Source: Fimicolochytrium jonesii | Lineage: Eukaryota | Reading direction: 5' to 3' | NCBI RefSeq assembly: GCF_025526975.1 | Contig: NW_026515670.1 | Span: 372,001-436,000 of the forward strand | Length of the DNA: 64,000 nt | In this document: one piece after another, positions 23,033 to 33,660 of the stretch | Layout: each line of letters starts with the position of its first letter | Numbering within the stretch: the stretch's first letter is position 1 | Program-made: the position numbers and the translations under genes | The notes under the pieces: generated by a model | Database searches by the model: none | What the model was told of the DNA's origin: nothing | What the model saw: only the letters and a program-made list of their open reading frames with translations

Positions 23033-23306
23033 GTAACGTCAGAGGAAACGTAGACGATATTGGGCCCTTCTGAGAGGGCTGAGAGCAGTGTATTGTAGTG
23101 AAGAAGTAGGTAATAAGCTCTTCGCAGCGGCCGCTCAACTGACAGCTTTATATATGGGCTGCCAGTGGGGCTTGCGTGGCTTCAGTGAGGCTTGGCGCCT
23201 TATGTAATGTATCACCGAGAGCTCGGATGGCCAGCCCGGGTCTTGGATCAAGTAGAAGTAAAGAGATACAATATGAAATACAAGTGAGGATGAGATATCC
23301 CTGACA
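23032..23306 (-). repeat. A 5' LTR
   Basis: Followed on the minus strand by PBS TGGTAGCACCAC. Confidence 0.95.
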
Positions 23307-23664
23307 TCGTCCACGTATACCAGGCAGAAGCTGTACTTTAGTCCTGCTAGGACCGCGTCCATCACACGTTGGAAGGTGGGCGGAGAATTCTTGAGGCCGA
23401 ACGGGAGTTTGTTGTACTCAAACAGCCCATGGGGTGTACAGAAGGCTGTGAGGTGCTTGTGTTCTTCCTTGATCGCTACCTGCCAGAATCCCCAGTGTAA
23501 GTCCATGGTTGTAAACCACTTATTGCCGGCGAGGAATTCAATGGTCAAGTTGATTCGAGGCAGCGGATAGGAGTCGGGTATCGTCTTTGCGTTGAGTTCG
23601 CGGTAGTCAGTGACGAACCTTAGTCCACCCCCATCCTGACTAGCGACACTGGAGCGGCCCATGG

Positions 23665-23826
23665 TGTCAAGGGAATCGTCCCAATCGCTCGGAACGCCCC
23701 GTAGAGGTGGTACAGTCACAGAAACAAAAGAAAAATGTTTGGGGAAGGTAGGAATCGAACCCACGCCACCTGGGTGAGAGCCAGGTGTCTTAACCACTAA
23801 GCCAAAATGTCTGTGTTCCCGTTACA
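23665..23826 (-). mobile_element. 162-bp solo LTR (family D) containing a tRNA-like cassette
   Basis: TGTAAC...TTGACA; TSD CATGG 23660-23664 / 23827-23831. Confidence 0.93.
23740..23811 (-). tRNA. tRNA-Glu(CTC)-derived pseudo-tRNA inside LTR-D
   Basis: A box TGGCTTAGTGG, anticodon arm CCTGG-CTCTCAC-CCAGG, T arm GTGGG-TTCGATT-CCTAC, T5 run downstream; acceptor stem not paired. Confidence 0.8.
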
Positions 23827-24644
23827 CATGGTGATCTACTGGGTCGGATGATGTTGTCCTTCAGCATCGTGTCGGTGTGCTCTCGTAGGACCTTCTCTTT
23901 CTCCTGGCCCTGTCGGCGTGGAGGGTGGGCGATGGGAAGAGTCTCAGGCATTATCTTCATGTGGTGTTTGGAATGTTTGGCTTGTCCGGAATTTGGGGGT
24001 CGAACGCTTCCGCATTCGCTAGGAGCACGTCCCGTAATGCTTTGTCTTCTTCTGGTGTCAGGTGTGCCCAAGGCGCCATTGCTTCTATTTGGTCTCGTCC
24101 TCGGCGGGCGGCTGGTGACACGTGGGATTGCTCGTCCTCCAGAGGGGTGGCGGCCGCTTCCAAATCCTTCATCTTGTGAATGACTGATGTCTTCGCCAGT
24201 TCGCCAATCTTCCCTTGCCCCAACCCTTTCACCTCCACTGGTCCCTCTTCCGGCTCGTCCGTTCCGTAGGTCTTCACTTCCTCTTGGCTCTGAAGCATGT
24301 AGAATGCTGAGCCGGTGGTGCTTCTTAATCTGGGCATCTTCCAATGGCGTTGGCCGGCGGCCTTTGGGCCGTTCGGCCATGCGGGCGGCGGTGGCGGTAG
24401 GTCATTCTTCAGGTTTTCGGTCAACCATCCGCTCAGCTTCTCCTCCGTCAGATACGCTTCAGGCACTGGTTCTACCCGTAGGTCGTGGTTGCTGGCGGTG
24501 GCCATTCCGACGACATGATTCTTCCGAAGGATGCGCTTCCTGGGCGTGAGATTTGCAACCGGGTACAGCCATTCTCCGTTCTCGTCGGCCTTCCCGAGTT
24601 GGTTCGCACACCATATGCCTGACTCGCCTAACGCCTTGTTGCCT

Positions 24645-26690
24645 TCAACAAGGTATGTTGTTCCGGGGATTCCTTGCTTCCTTCCGCCCACCCGTACGTG
24701 CGTCACCGCCCTTGGCTTCAACACTACTCGGTCCTGCTCTATGACTAGTGTTGTAGCGTGATGGCCCTAGCGGAGCGACCGTCGGGAGGTGGGTGTGAAG
24801 GGGATGGTCTTCTAGTGTTATCTTCATGGGCGTGGTCATTTGCTCGTCGGTTGGTAGTCGGAAGGCGAATGATCTCTTCTCCATGTCCATGACTGCCCCC
24901 ATTGCGTCGAGCCCTGGGATGCCGATAAGCACCGGTCGTCCCAAGTTGGAAATGATGTTGAACTTCAACTTGTAACTGTGCCGTCCGTTGACGCCGGGCT
25001 TGACCCTCAATTCAACGTGGCCTATTGAACGGCCTTCGCCAATTCCCGACAGCTTGCGCTCATACTTGGTGGCCTTGATCTTCGAGCCGTGCTTGGTCTT
25101 CAGCATCATGTAAAACTCAGCGTCCATGCCGTTGAGACTTGCTGCAGTGTTGACAACAAGCTCGTCGAGAGGCGTGTCCTCAATCTTCCCGTAGATCTGC
25201 GCAATGGTGTACATCTTGCGTAGGTCAGGACTACTTGTCGTGTCCTTTTTGACGTGGGCATGAAGGGAATCAAGGAGGGTGTCCTCCTTGCCTTCATTGG
25301 GGGGAATGATCATGCGGTCGTCCGTGAGGTACAGCTCTCGGGACCCTTTCCAGGCGTGGAATCTTTCTTCATTTCCAGCAACCGAAGCAATCCAGGTGTC
25401 CTGGGCGGGTAAGTTGTCCCCAGGATGCGCGGTGATCTCGTACTTTTCTCCGACATCGAGGTACCGCCTTGCCTTGCTCAGCAATTCTCCCGTGACTATC
25501 GTCAAGTCTTTCAGGAAGAATTGCACCTTGGGGTCATACTCGTTCGTTCCGACTTGTTTCCAGGAAAGGCTGTCGAGGAATTCTCTCTTCAATGCCTTGC
25601 GTTGCCGTCGCTTGACCGTCTTCTCCAGAAGCATTATCTCTTCCAGTGAACCCCTCTTGTGTGCTTCCGATATGGCCATGTCAATTGCCACCGCCTTGGC
25701 GTCCTCCTCCCCTTTTTTGTCCAATATCGCTGGTGGGCGCCGACGGATGGAGAGAATGTTCCGGAATGGAATCCGTAGAAAGGACAGAGTTCCTGCGTAG
25801 CAGTCTTGGAATGGCAGGCGCTTGACATGGTGGGGGCCGGTCTTGAAGGACCACGCTTGGCGCAACCGGTCTCGGAAGTGGTGAATGGCAGCCGAGTCAC
25901 CGGAGATTCTCCATGCCGCGGTGTGTTCCCAGGGCGGGAGCCCGGAAACACCTTCATCTTGTTCACGGAAGCCGCCCTTGGCGAAGAGGTCTCGTTCGTG
26001 GGTCAGCAATTTCGGATAGTCGATGAGGAGCGTGAGGAGCTGAAGGTACCTTGGAGCTTCACGCCATACGGGGGTAATCAGCGTAATGGTCGCTCCGTCC
26101 GTGACGACCTTGTCAAGCACTTGCTGAATGGCGAGCCAAAGGGGATTGGCCCAGCCATTCTCAGCGTCCCAGCGAATCTTGAAGGCGTTGTGGGCAATTG
26201 CATTGGCGTCCGTCTGGTCGACCGAGCAGTACCTTGAAACCTGGGCGTTCTGCTTCGCGGCAAAGAGGTCCACGGTGTGGCCGTGGGGGCCTCCCTAGGG
26301 TCCGTCATCGAGTTGCTGGAAGATGTCCAGGTGCAATTGCCAATCATTCTTGTCAACCAGGTTGATCAAGTAGAGTTCCTTTTCGGGTGGCAGAGACGGG
26401 TAGCGTGTTCTGTCAGGGTCCTCCGAGTCGGGTTTTTCTTCTCCCGACTTGGACAGGGGTTGGGGTTGTAACGATTCGTCAGCTGTCATTATTTCTCCGC
26501 GCGTCCCCCAGTCGCTTTCGGAGTTGGAATCACTGCCTCTTCTCAGTTCTGATGGTGACCGAGCAGGAAAGGTCAGGCTTTCATCCTGGTCTTGAGGCAG
26601 CGATTCTCCGGGGTCCTCCCGCTCAAGAGCCGTTGGTTCCAGGACTAGGAGGCTCTCGGCTCCTAGCCCCGGCGGGGAAAATGCCGCTTC
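24645..26690 (-). pseudogene. pol: H Pol N-terminus: Dam-like N6-adenine MTase domain (about 25900-26348) followed by aspartic protease
   Basis: NDWQL..F..L..*GGP..TVDLFA..N..RYCS..NAF..W...WANPLW..I..VLDK..A.ITLITPVW; protease VVNTAAS..VLIGIPGL; one in-frame TAG at 26295-26297. Confidence 0.82.
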
Positions 26691-28600
26691 TCAGCATTGG
26701 CATTTACCACTTCGGGGCTTTGTTTCTTGGGGCACATTGGTCTCCCCGTCTCGCGGTCCACGTTGTCCTTGAAGTGGTCGCCTCCGCAGGCGTAACACTT
26801 TCCGTCCCCGATCCTTGGTGGTCCTCCCGAGGACTGGCCATTGTTAATCTGCACCTTGGCCATTTGCGCGGGAATTTTGGCAACTGCTTTCTTGACGACT
26901 TCCTGTACTTGCGTACTGAGGTCGTTCTGCCTCCGCTGGCCGTAGTCGTTGCGCGGGTACGGCTGGCAGGGGTATGGACCTTGTCGTCGGTCCATCATGT
27001 ACGCCTCGTAACCGGAGTAATCATCCCGGTTGTCGTCAAATTCCGTCAAGTGTACTGCCCGTCCCATGTGTCCGCGTTGGCTACCGGTCAAGCGGAGTTC
27101 CTCTTTGAACTTGGTTATCTCGTTCTCCGCCGCCCGTTTAGCTAGCTTCTCGATGTCGACGGTAGGCATGGGGCTTGGCGGGGCGATTTGGACGGCCGTC
27201 TTCAGAATGGGCGACGGAGATCCTCGTCGCTGGGGCCGGAACCTCCTGTTGTTCTTCTTGTTCCGGTGACGATGGCTGCGTTCGTCTTCCGAGGAAGAAG
27301 CTGAGGAGGAGCCACTGGAGCTTGACTCCGAGTCCGAGGAGGACGAGGAGGAGCATCGGGCGTGGCGCCGGCTTCAGAGCCGTTTCTTGTCAATTCTTTG
27401 GTACGCTTCTTCGGCAAATTGGTCGAATGTCACCGCCCCGTCGTACCAGTCCTTGCCACCTATCTTCACTTCCTTGATCTTGTCTTGCTCACGAGGCTTG
27501 TGACCTTGGTAGAAGGCATACTTGAGCTGGCCTAGCTCCAGGGCATTGGCGCCGAGGCGATGATTGGCTTCCTTGATGCGGATGGCGAAGTCGCGTGACG
27601 TTTCCTTCTTGAGTTTCTTCATACTGGCTACTTTTGCCGAGCGGTAGATAGGGGGTATCTTCTCGTCGTATTGAGCCATGAATTGTTCCGTGAATCGCTC
27701 AAATGGAATGTTGGTCGACGACAGGCTGCTCCACCATTTCTTTGCCCCATCCTTGAAGAGGGGACCGAACTTGGGCACCATGTCGTCGAGGTTATCGAAG
27801 TACTTTTGGTCCACGGCCCTTTGAGCTTCTTGCTTCAGTCTCTCCAGGAATGCGTATGGATCCTTGCCCGGCTTGCCTTTGAATCTCGCCAAGATGTCAT
27901 TCTTCATCTTCCAGTGGGCTCGCTCGGATCCTCTTGCCGCTGCTTCAAGTACTGTGGCCGCTGAGGCCGCTCGGGGAACTCCTGCGGGGGTGCCGTCCGC
28001 CATTTCGGGATTCCTTCTAGCAACCGGCGTGAACCAGGTGTCCTCCTACTCCCTTTCCTGGTCGGGAGTCTGCGCTCGGGCTTGTTCTTGCGAGGTCGCC
28101 GGGGCCACAGCAGCAGTGGCTGGATGGATGGATGGATGGGTAGACGGGGGTTGCGCTGGAGGATCCGCGGGGGAATCCTGAGCAGGTGGTCCTGATACTG
28201 GGGCTGGTGGAGTGCTTGGGAAGCCGCCTGGGAAGCTGCTTGGTCTTGTGGTTGTCCGGGACGGGTTCGCACCGGATGATGGGCCTTGTTCTGACGACAA
28301 ACTCTCAGACGAGGATTCCTCGGAGGAGGATTCCTTGGACTGGGATTCCTTGGACGGGGAATCCGTGGACTTGGCTTTGCCTGTCGGCTTGCGTTCTCTC
28401 TTGATGAGCAGAGAACTTCGGTATCGCTTGTAGGCTGCTCGTTTGGCTGTCGCGCTGCTCGCCGCAATTGCTTCCCCGGTTGACGACCGGCTTGAGGAGC
28501 GGCTTGCGGAGCGGAGACTGGCGACAAATTCTGCGTCGGCCAGTTTCGCTATCTTGATCTTGGTGAAGATCTATCGACTGATCATCAGTGTCTGGTGGAG
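26663..28600 (-). pseudogene. gag: H gag, fragmented
   Basis: RFKGKPGKDPYAFLE..GAKKWW..MKKLKKETSRDFAIRI; knuckle-like CYACGGDH. Confidence 0.8.
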
Positions 28601-29204
28601 ATTGGTGCTTCGCTTCTCCGTAGGGAAACAGAGAATGCGACGCGTGAGTAGGTTTCTTGTAAGGTGGCAGATGTGGTTTGCCAATCCGATCTTGGAAATG
28701 ACCTCGTAGATTCCTTGTAATTCCTTCCTTGTTTTTCCTTGAAGGTGGTCTCTCCTTGTTCCCGGCCAAGCCCCCAAAATGTGAAAGTGGTCAATTATTC
28801 CCTGAGATAGGTCCTAAATCGGGTCGTTCGCGGGTGGAGATGATCTACTCGTGGAGAGGGCAAGGTAAAAGGTACAGACCAACTAAATCCCTATTCTCAC
28901 CACACAAGTAGACATGCTTGAGCGTACTCCATATATTGGCCACCCCGGACTGCTAGGCGTAGGTACGCTAGTCAGTTGGGTCAGTTGAGCTCCTATGGTA
29001 CAAACTTATGGTCTAGTCTATCGCCGGTAAGATGCTCTCTGGGCAATCTACGCCAGTGTCGTCCTTTTTATAGTGGGGGGGGAAGGGGGTGTGTCTCTAT
29101 CCTACTACTGATCACGCCTGGTCACGCGCGCACAAATACTAATCTTCCCTTGAATCTCCCCATCTCCTTGTACGCCGTCAACCTGATCACTTTCACACAC
29201 TCCT

Positions 29205-31606
29205 GTTGTTGTCCCGGCGACCTCTCAAGAACATGTTGGAGATATCATCCTCCCAAGTCCCTAGTTAGGGTTCCCGTAGTCTAGTCCCTGGTTAGGGTTC
29301 TAGTAGTTTATTTCCCCATGTGACTTCCCTCCCGCTCACGCCACGCTTCCGCGTACGGGACTTCACTCTTTTCGTCCCTTTCGGACCTCGCGACCTCTTT
29401 CTACTTCAGACAAGTCCACAGACAACACTGCATTACTTCTTATACATACAAGGGCGTGTCCTCCCCATTACATAGAGTTCACTCCTCTATCTGCTTCCTC
29501 TGCCAACTACTGCTAAGTGAACAGGCCTGAGCACAGACCCCTGACTGAGGACTGGAACGAGAGGACGTCTGGTACACACCGATTGCCAGAAGGAATCCCG
29601 ATCGGGATCAACAGCAAATGGCAGACCGAACACGCACTAGAGCTGGCCCAGTGGCTCTATCGGTCGCCACTGTACTTAAGCGGCGGCAAGAGGATTCGAG
29701 CGAGCCCATTGGAAGTTGAAGAATGACTTCTCGGCAAGATTCAAGGGCAAGCTGGGCGAAGACATGTATGGATTTCTCGAGAGATTGAAGCAGGAAGCTC
29801 AAAGCCGTAGACCAAAAGTATTTTGATAGCCTCAATGACATGGTGCCCTTGTGCAGCAGTCTGTCGTCGACCAACATTACGTTTGAGCAATCCAAGGAGC
29901 AATTCTTAGCTCAATACGACTAGAAGATACCTCCTATCCACCGCTCGGCAAAGGTACCCAGGATGAAGAAGCTCAAGAATTAAACGTTGCACGACTTCTC
30001 AATTCGAGTCAAGGAAGCTACTTTCCACCTCGGTGACGATGCTCTTAACCTAGGCCATCTCAAGTGCGCCTTCTACCAAGGCCACAGGCCTCGTGAGCAG
30101 GACAAAATCGAGGAGGTGAAGATAGCCGGACAGAATTGATAAGATGTGACAACAAGAAACGGCTCTGAAGCCGGCGCCACGCCCGAAGCTCCTCCTCTTC
30201 CTCATTGTACTCGTAGTTGAGTACCAGTGGCTCCTCGTCTGTTTCTTCTTCAGAAGAAGAACGCAGACGTTGTTGCCGTAACAGGAAGAACAACAAGAAG
30301 TTCCGGCCTCAGCGACAAGGATCCCCATCGCCGATTCTGAAGATGCCCGTTCAAATTGCCCCACCTAGCACCATGCCTACCACGGACATTGAAAAGCTCG
30401 CAAAGCAGGCGGCAGAGGATGAGATCACCAAGTTCAAAGAAGAACTCTGTTTGACAGGTAGCCAACGGACACCTAGGATGGGCTGTGCACCTGACGGAAT
30501 CCGACGATGACCGGGATGATTACTCCAGTTACCAAGCGTACATGATGGACCAACAACAAGGTCCCTACCTCCGCCAGCTGTACCCACGCAACGACTACGG
30601 CCAGCAGAGGCAGAACGGCCCCAGTACGCAAGTTCAAGAAGTTGTGAAGAAGGCGGTCGCTGAGATGGCCGCACAAATAGCCAAGGTGCAAATTACCAAT
30701 GGCCAGTCCTTGGGAGGATCACCGAGGATCGGAGACGGAAAGTGTTTTGCCTGAGGGGATGACGACTTCAAGGGCGACGTGGACCGTGAGACAAGGAGAC
30801 CAGTATGCCCCAAGAAACAAAGCCCCAAGGTGGGAACTGCCAATGCTGACAAGCGGCATAGTCCCTGCCAGGGCTAGGAGCCTTCCAGTCCTGGAACACA
30901 TGGCTCTTGAGCAGAAAGGCCATGGAGAATTGCTGCCTCAAGATCAGAATGAAAGTCCGACCTTTCCCGCTCGGTCACCATCAGAACCAATAAGAGGGAG
31001 TGATTCCGACTCCACAAGCAACTGGGAAACTCGAGGAGAGAGAACAATAGCTGACAATTTGTTACAACCCCAACACCTGTCCAAGTCAAGAGACAAAAAA
31101 CTTGACTTGGAGGACCCTAACCAAACCCGCTACCCGTCTTCGCCGCCCGAAAAAGAACTTTACTTGATCAACTTGGTTGACAAGAACGATTTTCAATTAC
31201 ACCCCAACATCTTCCAGCAACTCAACCAACGAATCTCCCACGACGCTTTCGAAATTTGTTGGAACACCGCGATTGGTTGGGCCAAGCCCCCTTGGCTAGC
31301 CATTCAACAGGTGCTTGACAAGGTTGTCACAGATGGAGCGACCATTACTCAGATCACCCCAGTATGGTGAGAAGCTCCATGGTACCTCCAGCTCCTCACG
31401 CTCCTTGTCGACTGTCCCAAGTTGCTGAACCACAAATGAGACATCTTCGCCAAGGGCGGCTTCCGTGAACAAGATGAAGGTGTTTACGGGCTTCCACCCT
31501 CCAGTGATTCTGCCGCCATTCACCACTTCCGAGACCGGATGCGCCAAGCGTGGACATACAAGACCGGCCCCCGCCATGTCAAGCGCCTTCCATTCCAAGA
31601 CTGCTA
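29205..31606 (+). mobile_element. Diverged inverted copy of H gag and MTase region (H')
   Basis: Collinear with the reverse complement of about 28105-25795; WAKPPWLAIQQVLDKVVTDGATI; internal deletions. Confidence 0.9.
29234..29518 (+). mobile_element. Solo LTR of the Copia-2 family (TG...GT ends)
   Basis: Homologous to 60323-60556; TSD GAACA 29229-29233 / 29519-29523. Confidence 0.9.
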
Positions 31607-31721
31607 TCTCAGAGTGTTTGGATGTATAGCCAATGCTATGGTTCTCAAGAAAAACTGAGGAAAGCTGGACAACAAAGCCAAGAAGTGCCTCTTTCCCGGT
31701 TATAGCTCTTCCAGCAAAGCC

Positions 31722-33660
31722 TGTGGCAAGATGGGTCATCGTGCGCGAGATTGTCCTAAAAAGAAGAAGGATAAGAAGTCCGACGAGGCTAAGGATAAGC
31801 CGCGTTGGGACGCTGGTCAGAAAAAGGGTTTTCGATAGAGACGTTTAATAAAGACACCGTTAGTGGCAACCAAGTTATTTTGTGGCGATCTACAGTTATG
31901 GGGAGATGGACGACACTATTCCAGAGAACAGCTTCCACTTGTGGTCGCTCCTCTGTGGGTAGATGTTATCCTCGGATTGCCATGGATCTATATGCTTGAC
32001 GATGTTCGTTTCGAGCACATAGAAGACGAGATTCCTGTTCTACGATTCCGTGCGGATGAAGTTGAACATACCCCTGGTTGCCAGACCAGTAACTAGGGAA
32101 TGGGAATCCCAGTCGTCCTGTAATGCGGCCGACCTGCGGTTCTTTGACACCAGAAAGAAGTCTAAACGATTCAAGGCGGCGATGCCTGAACGGGAAGACT
32201 CGAGTGAAGGGATTGTAATTGATCAGAAGTTCACTCGCTTATCTTGAAAAGAGGTGTATGGAAAGTGTTACATAGCGTACGCTATGGACATAGAAGCTGC
32301 AGTGAATGCGTCACCAGCTTATGTCCCCGCAGATGAGCGCGATCGTGCCGAACCAGAGCCAGAGGTTCAAATGAGCGAAGCTGCAGGACAGAAGGTTGAA
32401 TTGGGCGTGCCATCGGATCGCCTTCTTTATCCAACGTTCGAAAAGTGCGTGGATAGTTTGTTTGTCAAGCACGCAGAGTTGCCGCCCGATAGGGGAGAGG
32501 ATAACTTCCATATCGAGCTGGAGCCTGGTACGAAACCAGTCTTAAATCCCTTATGACATATGAGCGAAGCTGAACTCAAAGAGCTGAATGAGAAGGTTGC
32601 TCTCATGCTCGAGCGCGGTTGGATTCAACACCTGCAGAGCCCGTGGGGTGCGGCAGTGTTATTCGCTAAGAAAAAGGATGGCAGTCTCCGTATGTGCATC
32701 GACTATCGTGGGCTGAATAAAGCAACGATAAAGGATCGTACGCCATTCCGAAATCTTGCAGAGATGCAGGATCGGTTACGTGGAAAGAAGTTCAAGTCTT
32801 TGTTGGATATCAAAGATGTGTATCACCGCCTATTGGTTTGCAAGGCTGATAGAGACAAAACAGCGTTTCGGACGCGGTTTGGTCATTTCGAGTACTTGGT
32901 TATGCCATTTGGATTGACGAATGCGCCAGCAACGTTCCAACGGTTAACCAATAAGATATTGGGCGAGATGTACGATGCGTTTGTCATATCTCACCTGGAT
33001 GACATCTTAATCTTCTCGGAAACGGCCGAGGAGCATATTGCTCATGTGGATAGCGTTATGGCTGTTCTCGCCGAGCACAAACTCTATGTTAAGCCGTCCA
33101 AGTGCAAATGGATGCAGAAAGAGCTTGAATTATGCGGTCATCTCCTGGGAGAGGATACAATGGCCATTGCACCCTCGAAATTGGACGCCGTGCGAAACTT
33201 TGCACGTCCTATGAAACAGAAAGAGGTTCAGTCTTTCTTAGGGTTGACAAATTACCTGAGTCAATACGTCGATCGTTATGCATAGATCGCGTATCCATTG
33301 ACAGAGCTACAGTCGGGCAAAAGGCCTTGGCACTGGGGCAATGTTCAAGAGACGGCTTTCGTTAAGCTGAAGGAAGCTATTATCACAGCTCCTACGCTCG
33401 CGTCTTACGACCCGGAGCGAGATTTATATGTGTTCACGGATGCATCGGGTTTCGCAATAGGAGGATGGCTCGCCCAGCCGGCAGATCCATCGGAGCACTA
33501 CCCATCACCGTTGCCTACCTCAGTGAAGGGATCTAAGAATCTGCCACCGTTAAAGCCAATAGCTTTCTTTGGGCGGAAAATGCAACCCACTGAAACACGT
33601 TACCCCGTGCACAAACAAGAGCTATTAGCTCTGGTTAGCATATGCAAGGCGAACAGGCAT
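31722..33660 (+). pseudogene. pol: Gypsy G fragment (gag end, PR, RT, RH start), duplicated copy
   Basis: LRMCIDYRGLN, HLDD, FTDASG; mirror of 43686-45624. Confidence 0.92.

Larger units (their letters stand above)
3152..23306 (-). mobile_element. Gypsy element A (chromodomain-type), full-length but degenerate, interrupted by B and a solo LTR
   Basis: 275-bp TG..CA LTRs at 3152-3426 and 23032-23306; TSD TCGTC; PBS 23020-23031; PPT about 3427-3436. Confidence 0.95.
23307..24724 (-). pseudogene. pol: H PR-RT spacer and RT N-terminal half (contains a 162-bp solo LTR)
   Basis: IRPSRSP|W, LRFVTDYRELN, MDLHWGFWQ, PFGLKNSP, LVYVDD. Confidence 0.9.
1..29200 (-). mobile_element. Gypsy element H (oldest host of the left nest): gag - MTase-like - PR - RT - RH - IN - chromodomain, degenerate; 3' end beyond the window, 5' LTR not resolved
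   Basis: Collinear minus-strand domains. The RT is split at YVDD by element A and rejoins exactly across TSD TCGTC (3147-3151 / 23307-23311). Confidence 0.88.

Noticed and set aside
23740..23811. Functional tRNA-Glu gene or a SINE
   Set aside because: The acceptor stem does not pair. Units have a fixed 162-bp length, TG..CA ends, 5-bp TSDs and an adjacent PBS, which fits an LTR.
23957..24724. dUTPase domain in H
   Set aside because: Resembles the beta-rich PR-RT spacer of many Gypsy elements, but dUTPase catalytic motifs are not recognisable.
24645..26489. DIRS element or bacterial/phage contamination as source of the MTase
   Set aside because: No tyrosine recombinase or DIRS RT nearby. 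The domain is in frame with a Gypsy protease and sits at the same place in the diverged copy H'.
28930..29204. 5' LTR and PBS of element H
   Set aside because: A TATA-like TATAAAAAGG lies on the minus strand near 29063-29072, but there is no second copy, TSD or convincing PBS to fix boundaries.
29262..29300. Telomeric TTAGGG repeats
   Set aside because: Only isolated hexamers inside a small internal duplication of the Copia-2 LTR.
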